Assembly: GCA_963675755.2 (NCBI GenBank)
Contig: CAXXMD010000002.1
Location: 288,001-352,000 of the forward strand
DNA length: 64,000 bases
From: a bacterium
GTDB lineage: Bacteria; Zhuqueibacterota; Zhuqueibacteria; Residuimicrobiales; Krinioviventaceae
Reading direction: 5' to 3'
Below, piece by piece: positions 37,833 to 47,518 of the stretch (positions within the stretch are counted from its first letter, which is position 1; each line of letters starts with the position of its first letter). Position numbers and translations under genes: made by a program. Under the pieces are notes generated by a model that ran no database searches, was not told where the DNA came from, and saw nothing but the letters and a program-made list of their open reading frames with translations.

Positions 37833-39053
37833 ATGAACCGCATTGCGAGTATTCTACTCGTCGCAAGTGCATTGGTTATGGCAAGAGATAATACTATTCA
37901 ACTCTCGTTCACCGAGTTGGATTCTTTATTATCAAACAGTCCTGTGTACCATTCACTTGACTATGAGTTTAGTGCCAAAATGTATGATGTTAAACATCAT
38001 TTAAACTGGCAAAATCCCGAATTTGAATTTGAACGAGAAGCGTTAAGCGATAATGGTGATAAAGAAAATGAAACTGTCTTCCTGCTTGGTAAAGATTTTA
38101 TGCTTCCCTGGGCAGGGTATTATCATCGTTCAGCCCAAAATGCAGAACTTGAAGCAATTGGATTCTCATTAAAAGATAATTATCTATTCCAGTTGAATAC
38201 ATTCAAAAGCCAATATATAGCTCTTTCTTTGTTGCAGCAAAAATCCAGACGATATATTGAACTGGATAGTTTAATGAACAAGGCTTTGAATATTGCTCAG
38301 GAACGTTTTAACCAAGGAACTTTATCCGGTGTTGAAAATCGTCTAGTGCAACTGAGCAAGTACAATGTACAGCGGGACCGTTTTGTATTGCAACAGGAAT
38401 ACAAAGAGCTGCTTGCTCAATTTAAAACGGGTCTTGGGTTTGGTGTTGATGATTCCCTGGAGTTTAGTACGGATATTGCTTTTTTGCCTTTTGGAATTAA
38501 ACCGCTTACAGTCTATACACAGGAACTGGAAAAGCATCCTATCTTGACATCATTTGCAGTTGCTGAAAATGCTAAAAAACAGCAAGTCCGTTTTGAGAAA
38601 TTGGCACCAGTTTCTTCTGTACATCTATCAGGCGGCTATAAACAACTGAATGATACTATGGATGGATACGTCGCCGGGATTTCCATTCCTCTTCCCATAT
38701 TAAACCGTAATAAAACAGGTATTCAGAAAACAATAGCCGAGTTGAATCAATTACAAATTGAAAATCAAATGACAACCAGAAAGTTGAATTTACGCCTGGA
38801 GCAGCTTGTTGCTGCTTTAAAAATTCAGCAAAAACAAATGAAAACGTTTTCTGAATCTTTTCAATCAGCAGCACAAATTATTGATGATATTGTGTATACA
38901 TTTTATGAAGGCTCTGCTGATTTTGGAGATATTTTGGACACATACCAGGTCTATACTGAAAGCATGAGTACCTATTATGATCAACTCTTGTTGTATTATA
39001 ATTACCTGTTGGAATTGGAATACCTGACTCAAGAGAAAATTATTGAATTTTAG
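37833..39053 (+). CDS. TolC/CzcC family outer-membrane efflux protein
   Basis: Signal peptide; NPEF, GISIPLPILNRN motif; helical coiled regions; operon context. Confidence 0.85.
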   Translation: MNRIASILLVASALVMARDNTIQLSFTELDSLLSNSPVYHSLDYEFSAKMYDVKHHLNWQNPEFEFEREALSDNGDKENETVFLLGKDFMLPWAGYYHRSAQNAELEAIGFSLKDNYLFQLNTFKSQYIALSLLQQKSRRYIELDSLMNKALNIAQERFNQGTLSGVENRLVQLSKYNVQRDRFVLQQEYKELLAQFKTGLGFGVDDSLEFSTDIAFLPFGIKPLTVYTQELEKHPILTSFAVAENAKKQQVRFEKLAPVSSVHLSGGYKQLNDTMDGYVAGISIPLPILNRNKTGIQKTIAELNQLQIENQMTTRKLNLRLEQLVAALKIQQKQMKTFSESFQSAAQIIDDIVYTFYEGSADFGDILDTYQVYTESMSTYYDQLLLYYNYLLELEYLTQEKIIEF

Positions 39054-39062
39054 AGGGATATT

Positions 39063-40622
39063 ATGAAATATATAAAATTATCGAGTTTATTATTGGTTGC
39101 TTTAATCGCATGTAGTAAACCGGTTATAGATGAACATGCAGGACATGATCATGGTGAAGAAGCTGTTTCTGTCACAACCTGGACGGATGCTTTCGAGTTT
39201 TTTGCCGAGTTTTCACCCAATGAGGACCATTCTCAGAATGCATTGGTACACATAACTCAATTAAAAGATTTTAAACCCCTTGTTGATGATCATGTATCTA
39301 TCATTATTAAATCCGAGAGTGATCAGGTGCTTTTAAATAAAGAACTTGAGCTGGTCCGTCCCGGTATATATAGTAATGCAATTGAATTACCTGAATCTGA
39401 TGTACATTTTCTTATTGATCTGGGTATAGGCAATGAAACGTTTGATTTAGGTCACGTCGAGTTTGTTGATCATGAGCATAAAGAACATGTAGAAACTGAT
39501 AACGACGAACATGATCATGAACATGAAGCAGAAGAGAGTGAACATGATCATGATTCACCTATAACAGGAGAAATGGTACCATTTTTAAAAGAACAACAAT
39601 GGGTTGCTGATTTTAATGTTCAGAAAAGTAAAATGGGGGATGTTCGATCTGTTGTATATGCAATCGGTCAGGTCATACCACATCAACAGGGTTTGTCAGA
39701 AATTGTCTCACCCGTTGAAGGATACTTGAATGTGAATCATAATCAAAATATGGTTGTGGTGGGAGCACGTGTCAAGAAAGGACAGATACTGGCAACACTT
39801 TGTCCGCCAATTGGTCGTTCAAATACCTGGACGGAACGTTACCTTTCTTATCAACGAGCTGAAAAGAATTATGAACGCGCTCAGGAATTGAAAAAACGGC
39901 AGGCTATTTCAAATACAGAATTTGAACAGATTGAACAGGATTATCTTGTAGAAAAAGCCGGATTTGAAACCCTTTTAAATGCATACAATATTACTCCGGA
40001 TATGAGTAACAAGGAATGTATGCATTTTTATGTCAAAGCACCTATTGATGGAATTGTTTCGGAATTGGATATTAAACCCGGACAAAATATAAGCGCTGGC
40101 GATCAAATGATGACCCTTGTCGATCCGGATGTGGTTTGGTTACATGCGGATTTGTATGAAAAAGAATATTACAGATTAGGCAAACCTGATGGAGCCACTC
40201 TTGAACTACCCGGACGAAATGAAAAACTCCATCTCAACAAGTCTGAATTCAAAATGATCAATAAAGGTGAAATTGTTGAGCAGGAAACACGAACAATTCC
40301 GGTTCTGTTTCAACTTGACAATAAAGAAGGTTTGTTGAAAATTGGTCAAACACTTCAAATGAACATCTATTCTACCAGCGATGATAAAGCAGTGATTGTA
40401 CCTGTATCTGCAATTCTTGATGAAGATGTACAGAAATTTATTTTTGTTCAACACACTGGAGAATCTTTTGAAAAACGTCCTGTGAAAACCGGACCCGTCT
40501 ATAAAGATGATATTGCCATCCTTGACGGCTTGAATCCCGATGAACGTATTGTGACGCAAGGAACCTATTTGTTAAAACTGGCAACAGTTACAACAGCTGT
40601 AGGTCACGCACACAGTCATTGA
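39063..40622 (+). CDS. RND efflux periplasmic adaptor (CzcB/CusB-like), His-rich lipoprotein
   Basis: Lipobox IAC; HAGHDH and HDHEHE tracts; SPVEG, VKKGQ.L, APIDG, TRT, GL..ERIV; C-terminal HAHSH. Confidence 0.9.
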   Translation: MKYIKLSSLLLVALIACSKPVIDEHAGHDHGEEAVSVTTWTDAFEFFAEFSPNEDHSQNALVHITQLKDFKPLVDDHVSIIIKSESDQVLLNKELELVRPGIYSNAIELPESDVHFLIDLGIGNETFDLGHVEFVDHEHKEHVETDNDEHDHEHEAEESEHDHDSPITGEMVPFLKEQQWVADFNVQKSKMGDVRSVVYAIGQVIPHQQGLSEIVSPVEGYLNVNHNQNMVVVGARVKKGQILATLCPPIGRSNTWTERYLSYQRAEKNYERAQELKKRQAISNTEFEQIEQDYLVEKAGFETLLNAYNITPDMSNKECMHFYVKAPIDGIVSELDIKPGQNISAGDQMMTLVDPDVVWLHADLYEKEYYRLGKPDGATLELPGRNEKLHLNKSEFKMINKGEIVEQETRTIPVLFQLDNKEGLLKIGQTLQMNIYSTSDDKAVIVPVSAILDEDVQKFIFVQHTGESFEKRPVKTGPVYKDDIAILDGLNPDERIVTQGTYLLKLATVTTAVGHAHSH

Positions 40623-40644
40623 TCATTCATTGAGGAGAATAGAT

Positions 40645-43600
40645 ATGTTAGATTTTATAATGCAAAATAGTCTGCGAAACCGGTTGATTGTTGTTCTGGC
40701 TGGTATTGCAGTATTGGTAATGGGAGTACTAATATCCGGCAAACTGCCGGTTGATGTTTTTCCGGATTTAACCGCCCCTACAGTAACCGTATTGACCGAG
40801 GCCCATGGTATGGCGCCTGAAGAAGTAGAGATGCTGGTTACATTTCCCATCGAAACCGCTGTGAATGGAGCGACCGGGGTAAGGCGGGTAAGGTCCACTT
40901 CAATACAGGGCTTTTCCACTGTCTGGGTTGAATTCGAGTGGGGCATGGATATTTATCGTGCCCGTCAAATCGTAAATGAAAAGATGCAGAATCTACAGGG
41001 TGCCTTGCCCGATGGTGTAGATTCACCCGTACTTGCGCCTATAACTTCGCTCATGGGCGAGATTATGACTGTTGGTTTAACCAGCGATTCATTGTCTCTG
41101 ATGGAGTTGCGGTCATTGTCTGATTTTCAAATCCGCCGTAGATTGCTTGCCGTGCCCGGAGTTGCACAGGTCAAGGTCTATGGAGGAGAAGTCAAGCAGT
41201 ATCAGATTCTTGTGAATCCCAACATGTTACGTAAATATGATCTTACTTTGCATCAGGTGCATGAAGCTGCTCAAAGCGCCAACCTGAATGCTGCGGGTGG
41301 ATTTTACGTACAGTCCGGTCAGGAATATCTCATTCGGGGTATGGGACGAATCCATGACATTCAGGAACTGGAGAGGGCAGTGATCAGCACGCATAACAAT
41401 ATTCCGGTGTTAATGCGTGATATCGGAAGGATTGTAATTGGTCCGGCAACCAAGATTGGAGAATCTTCTGTCAATGGAGATCATGGAGTTTTGATTGTGA
41501 TCAGTAAGCAGCCGGACGCAAATACATTGAAACTGAATGAGCGTTTAAATACGGTTATTGCCAATATTGCGGATACCCTGCCAAAAGGAACAAAATTGCA
41601 TCCCAACCTGTTCACACAGGCGGGATTCATTACCCGAGCTGTGGAAAATGTTATAGATGCCCTACGTGATGGTGCTTTACTGGTTATCATCATTCTGGCT
41701 TTATTTTTGGCAAATGTGAGAACAACAATCATTTCAACATTGGCAATCCCTTTGTCACTCATGTTTTCTGTTTTGATCTTGTATTTAGCCAATCTTTCCA
41801 TAAATACCATGACATTGGGAGGTATGGCAATTGCCATTGGTGTATTGGTAGATGATGCTATCATATATGTTGAAAATGTGTTCCGACGATTGCGGCAAAA
41901 TCGGGATAAACCATCTAATGAGCAGCAAGACGAAGATGAGGTGATATTAAAAGCATCATCAGAAGTTCGGGCACCTATTTCAATAGCAACATTTATTGTG
42001 ATAATTGTGTTTTTACCCCTGTTCTTTCTGAGTGGCATTGAGGGAAGAATGCTCATCCCACTGGGTATTGCCTACATTGTTTCTATTTTTGCATCGTTGA
42101 TTGTTGCAATAACTGTAACTCCCGCACTCAGTTCATATCTGTTAAAACGGAACAAGAGCTCAAAAAATAGAGAGAGCTGGATCGTTCTATTTTTGCAGTC
42201 TTTGTATCGACCGGTTTTAAACTGGTGTTTAGCGCATAAACGGTGGGTGGTAAGTCTGGCAACTATAATTTTGGTTGTATCATTGGCGATATTGCCTTTT
42301 ATTGGTCGCTCTTTTTTACCTGAATTTAACGAGGGCACACTTAATATCAGTCTGGCAACTTTGCCGGGCACATCTCTGGATGAATCAGACAAGATTGGTC
42401 AGATTGCAGAGAATTTGTTATTGGAGCATCCTGCAGTTGTTACGGTTAGCAGACGTACCGGACGAACAGAAATGGATGAGCACTCGTTAGGCTCACACGC
42501 GCATGAACTGGAAGTTGAGATTGATTTTAGCCATATCACACAAGACCAGTTGTTAAAAGACGTGAGAGAAAAGTTGAGCTTGTTACCGGGATGTGTATTT
42601 GTGATAGGGCAACCTATTGGCCACAGAATTGATCATATGTTATCCGGTACACGCGCGAATATTGCAATCAAGATATTTGGATCAGATCTTTACAACCTTC
42701 GACAAATCGGTCTCAAAGTTCAACAAGAGATTGCGGACATACCGGGAGTAACAGATCTGTCAATGGACCAGCAAATCGACATCCCGCAGTTACGTATTCG
42801 GGCCAATCGTGAGCGTATGGCATTGTACGGCGTTACCATGGGTGATGTGGATGAGATGATAGATACAGCATTTCTGGGAACTGCTGTTTCCCAGGTATAT
42901 GAAGGCCAAAATCAGTATGATCTTGTTGTGCGCTATGACGAGTCATTTCGCAACAATATTGATGCAATTCGTAACAGCCTGATCGATACACCTATTGGCG
43001 CCAAAATTCCACTGGATATGATAATGGATATTCAGGTCGACCGTGGACCCAATTACATCAGTCGCGAAAATGCCCAGCGCAAGATCGTTGTGCAAGCCAA
43101 TGTGGCTGAAAGAGATATTGGCAGTGTGATCAGTGACATCCAATCCCGAATTGCAGGATCAGTTGATCTGCCCGTTGGCTATTATGTAGAGTATGGCGGC
43201 CAGTTTGAGAGTGAACAACAAGCCACACGTGTTATTTCTTTACTGAGCTTGTTATCACTGTTGCTTATCTTTTTGGCATTGTATCTGGAATTTAAAAACC
43301 TGAGAATACCATTTCTCATCATGTCTACATTACCTTTTGCTCTCATTGGCGGAATTATTGCCATTCGGGTTACGGGTGGAGTAATGACCATTGCATCTAT
43401 TGTGGGATTTATCACACTGTTTGGTATTGCCATTCGTAACGGCATTATCATGGTTTCTCATTATATACATTTGCGTGAAGAGGGTGTAGAGATATCTCAG
43501 GCTGTAATTCAGGGATCTCTTGATCGCCTGAGTCCCGTTCTTATGACCGCACTTACTACAGGATTAGCATTGACTCCGCTTGCCTTTGCCGGTAACAAAC

Positions 43601-43719
43601 CCGGTAATGAGATACAGGCTCCATTGTCTATTGTGATTTTGGGCGGATTGATTACTTCTACTTTGTTGACACTGTTGGTGCTGCCCATAGTTTACAGTTG
43701 GATTAATAAAGAGAAATAG
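40645..43719 (+). CDS. Heavy-metal efflux RND permease, CzcA/CusA family
   Basis: PVDVFPD, GMAPEEVE, LVDDAIIYVEN (CzcA-type DDA..E), FLPEFNEG, PVLMTA. Confidence 0.95.
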   Translation: MLDFIMQNSLRNRLIVVLAGIAVLVMGVLISGKLPVDVFPDLTAPTVTVLTEAHGMAPEEVEMLVTFPIETAVNGATGVRRVRSTSIQGFSTVWVEFEWGMDIYRARQIVNEKMQNLQGALPDGVDSPVLAPITSLMGEIMTVGLTSDSLSLMELRSLSDFQIRRRLLAVPGVAQVKVYGGEVKQYQILVNPNMLRKYDLTLHQVHEAAQSANLNAAGGFYVQSGQEYLIRGMGRIHDIQELERAVISTHNNIPVLMRDIGRIVIGPATKIGESSVNGDHGVLIVISKQPDANTLKLNERLNTVIANIADTLPKGTKLHPNLFTQAGFITRAVENVIDALRDGALLVIIILALFLANVRTTIISTLAIPLSLMFSVLILYLANLSINTMTLGGMAIAIGVLVDDAIIYVENVFRRLRQNRDKPSNEQQDEDEVILKASSEVRAPISIATFIVIIVFLPLFFLSGIEGRMLIPLGIAYIVSIFASLIVAITVTPALSSYLLKRNKSSKNRESWIVLFLQSLYRPVLNWCLAHKRWVVSLATIILVVSLAILPFIGRSFLPEFNEGTLNISLATLPGTSLDESDKIGQIAENLLLEHPAVVTVSRRTGRTEMDEHSLGSHAHELEVEIDFSHITQDQLLKDVREKLSLLPGCVFVIGQPIGHRIDHMLSGTRANIAIKIFGSDLYNLRQIGLKVQQEIADIPGVTDLSMDQQIDIPQLRIRANRERMALYGVTMGDVDEMIDTAFLGTAVSQVYEGQNQYDLVVRYDESFRNNIDAIRNSLIDTPIGAKIPLDMIMDIQVDRGPNYISRENAQRKIVVQANVAERDIGSVISDIQSRIAGSVDLPVGYYVEYGGQFESEQQATRVISLLSLLSLLLIFLALYLEFKNLRIPFLIMSTLPFALIGGIIAIRVTGGVMTIASIVGFITLFGIAIRNGIIMVSHYIHLREEGVEISQAVIQGSLDRLSPVLMTALTTGLALTPLAFAGNKPGNEIQAPLSIVILGGLITSTLLTLLVLPIVYSWINKEK

Positions 43720-43727
43720 ATTCATTG

Positions 43728-43755
43728 TAAAGGCCGGATATCATTCCGGCCTTTT
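43728..43755. terminator. Bidirectional terminator between convergent genes
   Basis: AAAGGCCGGA-tatcat-TCCGGCCTTT. Confidence 0.75.
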
Positions 43756-43756
43756 A

Positions 43757-45328
43757 CTATCTCATCAATATCATCTTTTTATTTTTTTTAATGCCACCAT
43801 AATTCATGTTATAAAAATAAACTCCTGATGGCACCTGATTACCCAAATAATCTGTACTGTCCCATGTGATCGTATACTGTCCCGCTTGATAATGGCGATT
43901 TACCAGTGTCTTAACCATTCTACCCTTTATATCAAATACATTGATCATGATTTGTTCTGAATTTGCAACTCTAAATTTGATTTGTGTTGTTGGATTAAAC
44001 GGATTGGGGTAATTCTGCATCAGTTCGAATTGTTCCGGTGTTTCATTGTGTTTTCCAATACCGGTTTCTGGTGTGGTGAGCTCAAATACGTGTATAATGC
44101 TCTTGTCCTCATCTGCTCGTCGTTCATTGATGTATAGTAATCCACGTGAACGGTCGTAACAGCAGGCGCCCAGTGTTGTCATTTTGTAATTACCGTAATC
44201 GTACCCCGGACTAAACATGTATTCATTGATGTTCAGCATGGCATAGGGTTGAGGCTCCCACGGGGATTTGTTGCCGTTTGCTACATCTGCCAAGTCGTTA
44301 GGATCAAAAAACAGAATTACAGCATTGATACTGTCTGCCCACCATCCGCGTTCATCATGCGGCCATTCGGGAACATCTGGAAACGGTGGTTCCTGCGGCC
44401 AAACCGTACCGTCCGAAAATCCATACCAGGAATCTCCCATGGCCTTGGTACCCACCAGAACGACTGCCGATCTGTCTCCACCTGTTAACCAGGCGCCCCC
44501 TGACCATTCATCCGGTTCTTTATAGTCGTTCATTTTCTTGTCCTGTGATACAACCAGATACGGATTACCCGGTTCATGCTCTCCATACATGAGAAGGGGA
44601 GTGATGTTCCACAGCGTATCCCCTGCGGTTGGCAATGTGGAATGAACAACAGGTGTATACGCGTACAAGGCTGGGCCGTAACCGCCCCATTCACCGTCCC
44701 TGAATCGTCCGCTGGCAATGTATTGGCCCGGAGTGTTTGCATCTGCCCATTCCTGAGGTATAGCAAATAAATAATCGTTTGTTGTATAGTGACTGTAATT
44801 GCCAAAATACCAGGGTCCTGCAGGTGTCGGGTTGCCCAGATCCAGATTGCAATATCCATGTGATGGTACAAGTACATCCTGAAAATGTTCACCGCGACAG
44901 TAATAGAGTCCTTCGGGCAGATCACCCATTGCAGGCAAGTACTCTATGCCCATCCGTGGGATTTCCTGTTCACCAAATACACCCCCGGTTATATCTCCAA
45001 AGGGTTGCAGTGTTTCTGCAACGTTGAGATCGGCAGGATCTTTGGTTCCGGAAATTACAGGATTTGGAATGGATATCTCTGAAACCAGTTGGTGATGATC
45101 ATGCCCCAATGCAAAAATGGATCCCGGAAAATCATCTGAATTTGAGGGATCTCCATCCGGATAAAAAGTCATGGCATATCCACTGTAAATCCATTCAGAA
45201 ACATCAGAAACATCCGGTAGTCTAAACGCCCCAAGATAATTCAGGTCCTGTGGTTGTATTAATTCTCCCGCAGACAAGAAAGTTGCTGTGCAAAACAATA
45301 AACTGATAATTGATTTTAAATTTTTCAT
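43757..45328 (-). CDS. Secreted hypothetical protein with C-terminal FlgD-Ig/T9SS-type sorting domain
   Basis: Signal peptide; YLGAFRLP beta-rich core of unknown function; QNYPNPFNPTT...SGVYFY C-terminus. Confidence 0.8.
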   Translation of the reverse strand: MKNLKSIISLLFCTATFLSAGELIQPQDLNYLGAFRLPDVSDVSEWIYSGYAMTFYPDGDPSNSDDFPGSIFALGHDHHQLVSEISIPNPVISGTKDPADLNVAETLQPFGDITGGVFGEQEIPRMGIEYLPAMGDLPEGLYYCRGEHFQDVLVPSHGYCNLDLGNPTPAGPWYFGNYSHYTTNDYLFAIPQEWADANTPGQYIASGRFRDGEWGGYGPALYAYTPVVHSTLPTAGDTLWNITPLLMYGEHEPGNPYLVVSQDKKMNDYKEPDEWSGGAWLTGGDRSAVVLVGTKAMGDSWYGFSDGTVWPQEPPFPDVPEWPHDERGWWADSINAVILFFDPNDLADVANGNKSPWEPQPYAMLNINEYMFSPGYDYGNYKMTTLGACCYDRSRGLLYINERRADEDKSIIHVFELTTPETGIGKHNETPEQFELMQNYPNPFNPTTQIKFRVANSEQIMINVFDIKGRMVKTLVNRHYQAGQYTITWDSTDYLGNQVPSGVYFYNMNYGGIKKNKKMILMR

Positions 45329-45479
45329 GTTAATCCCCTGATTATACATTGTGATTATGAAATATATTACAATATCAATGAACAATGCCAGTCTTTTTTC
45401 TTGATATTCTTGAAATCAATCACTATAGTTCAATATCCTGTTGTTGAACAATTCAATCATATATACTGGGAGGGTAAAC

Positions 45480-46622
45480 ATGAGATTCATCGTTCCAATC
45501 GTACTGGTTCTGAGCGTATTGTTATCCTGTACATCTACACCACCAGGATTAAATGTTAAACATGTAGTGGTTTATCAGGAAAAAGGACATTTTGGCGGCT
45601 GGCCGGCCAATCATGGCATTTGGAGCTGGGGAGATGAAATTCTGGTAGGATTTTCTGAAGGTCAATACAAAGATCTGGGTCCGGACCGGCATCACATTGA
45701 CCGGGAAAAACCAGAGCGTCATTTCCTCGCCCGCAGTTTGGACGGTGGAGAAACCTGGGAGATTATTGATCCTGCTTTACAGGGAGATTTGATACCGGAA
45801 GGCGGTTTCCTGCATGGTGTACCTCGTGAGGATGTTGAGATTCCACCTTTAATGGATTGTCCCGGTGGTATTCCTTTTACTAATCCTGATTTTGCCATGA
45901 CTTGCCGTACCAATAATATTGATGCCGGTGTGTCTCGTTTTTGGTATTCTATTGATCGGGGACATGACTGGCTTGGTCCCTATCGATTACCTGATTTTGG
46001 CTTTACCGGCACTGCAGCGCGTACCGATTATCAGGTAGAAGGCCCCTCTACCTGTACACTCTTTTTAACTGCCGCAAAAGCTGACAGCAATGAAGGACGG
46101 CCCTTTTGTGCACGTACTCATGATGGCGGAGAATCCTGGGAGCTGGTTTCTACAATCGGACCTGAACCAGATGGATTTAGTATCATGCCGGCTTCGGTTA
46201 AACTGGATGATGACTCTTATTACGTAGCCGTCCGTAGAAGGGAGGGCGACAAGCGCTGGATAGGTGCCTGGCGTACGGATGATGATTGTAAAACCTGGCA
46301 AAGTATGCCTGATCCCGTTGAAGATTGCGGAGAAGGGAATCCCCCCAGTCTTATCCGTTTACAGGATGGCAGACTGTGTTTGAATTATGGCTATCGTGCC
46401 GAACCGTTCAGTATTCTTGCAAAACTGAGCGATGACGAAGGCCGGACATGGAGTGATCCCATTGTATTACGACAAGATGGTGCGGGTCGTGATATTGGCT
46501 ATTGCCGTGCTGTCCAACGCCCGGACGGCAAGGTAGTGACGCTTTATTACTTTACTGATCCTGTAACCGGGCCCGAGCGTTCTATTGTTGCAACCATCTG
46601 GCAACCACCGACCAAAGATTGA
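45480..46622 (+). CDS. BNR/Asp-box sialidase-like beta-propeller lipoprotein
   Basis: Lipobox LLSC; Asp-boxes SLDGGETW, SIDRGHDW, THDGGESW, TDDDCKTW, SDDEGRTW; DIGY. Confidence 0.85.
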   Translation: MRFIVPIVLVLSVLLSCTSTPPGLNVKHVVVYQEKGHFGGWPANHGIWSWGDEILVGFSEGQYKDLGPDRHHIDREKPERHFLARSLDGGETWEIIDPALQGDLIPEGGFLHGVPREDVEIPPLMDCPGGIPFTNPDFAMTCRTNNIDAGVSRFWYSIDRGHDWLGPYRLPDFGFTGTAARTDYQVEGPSTCTLFLTAAKADSNEGRPFCARTHDGGESWELVSTIGPEPDGFSIMPASVKLDDDSYYVAVRRREGDKRWIGAWRTDDDCKTWQSMPDPVEDCGEGNPPSLIRLQDGRLCLNYGYRAEPFSILAKLSDDEGRTWSDPIVLRQDGAGRDIGYCRAVQRPDGKVVTLYYFTDPVTGPERSIVATIWQPPTKD

Positions 46623-46640
46623 TAAAAATATAAAATTTAA

Positions 46641-46678
46641 TGCCCGATTTATTTTTTTAATGAATCGGGCTTTTTTTT
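46641..46678 (+). terminator. Terminator after the sialidase-like gene
   Basis: GCCCGATT...AATCGGGC followed by a T-tract. Confidence 0.7.
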
Positions 46679-46844
46679 GCATAATTATTTTCTTTTGTTG
46701 ATAAATATATATAATATTACTATAGTACTATTCATCTCCCAATTTCTTTAGGGGGGAGATAAAGCTGTGTTATTGAAAGTAAATTCAATATTAATAATTC
46801 AAAACGAATTACCAGAGATGAACATTTTAACGAAAGGGGTTGTT

Positions 46845-47447
46845 ATGACTTTATCCCAAACCGAAAACAAAGTATTAATGGCACAGGCACGAGAATCTTT
46901 AACCGGGAATTGGAAACTTGCAATTGGAACATGTCTTGTTTATTTATTATTAGCAATTGGTATTTCTTACATTCCTGGAATTGGTTTTATTGCACAACTA
47001 ATAATCGCAGGGCCACTTGGGGTAGGTATATCTATATTCAGCCTATCTATTGCTAGAAATCAGGAACCAAAGTTTGATCAATTGTTTGAAGGATTTCAGA
47101 ATTTTGATGTTGCTTTGGGTACGTATTTGTTGATGATTTTATTTATTTTGCTCTGGATGCTGCTGCTCATCATTCCCGGGATTATCGCATCACTTGCATA
47201 TTCTCAAATATTTTATATTCTTGCAGAAGATAAAAACATTGGTCCTATGGATGCATTAGCAAAAAGTAAACAAATGATGCAGGGGAACAAGTGGAAATAT
47301 TTTTGTTTGGGTTTAAGATTTATAGGCTGGGCATTACTTTGTGTATTAACATTAGGAATTGGATTCTTATGGTTATCGCCTTATGCTTATGTAAGTTATG
47401 CCAAGTTTTATGATGATTTAAAGGTTGCAGGGCCTGAATTATCATAA
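46845..47447 (+). CDS. DUF975 family membrane protein
   Basis: ARESL.GNW, LLIIPGII..LAYS, SKQMM.G.KW, LGIG.LWL.PY, FYDDL. Confidence 0.9.
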   Translation: MTLSQTENKVLMAQARESLTGNWKLAIGTCLVYLLLAIGISYIPGIGFIAQLIIAGPLGVGISIFSLSIARNQEPKFDQLFEGFQNFDVALGTYLLMILFILLWMLLLIIPGIIASLAYSQIFYILAEDKNIGPMDALAKSKQMMQGNKWKYFCLGLRFIGWALLCVLTLGIGFLWLSPYAYVSYAKFYDDLKVAGPELS

Positions 47448-47518
47448 AGTTTTACTGCATTTCCGCGTTAATTAATTTGTTATACTTTTTGGGTTCGGAA
47501 AACAGGTTTGGAGAAGGA

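Noticed and set aside
41481-42392. Long antisense ORFs (191 aa and 106 aa) inside czcA, and similar shadow ORFs throughout the track
   Set aside because: They lie fully opposite well-supported genes and have no motifs or RBS; they are codon-bias shadows.
46733-46762. Hairpin ATCTCCC...GGGAGAT upstream of DUF975 as a riboswitch
   Set aside because: It is a single stem with no aptamer consensus I can recognise.
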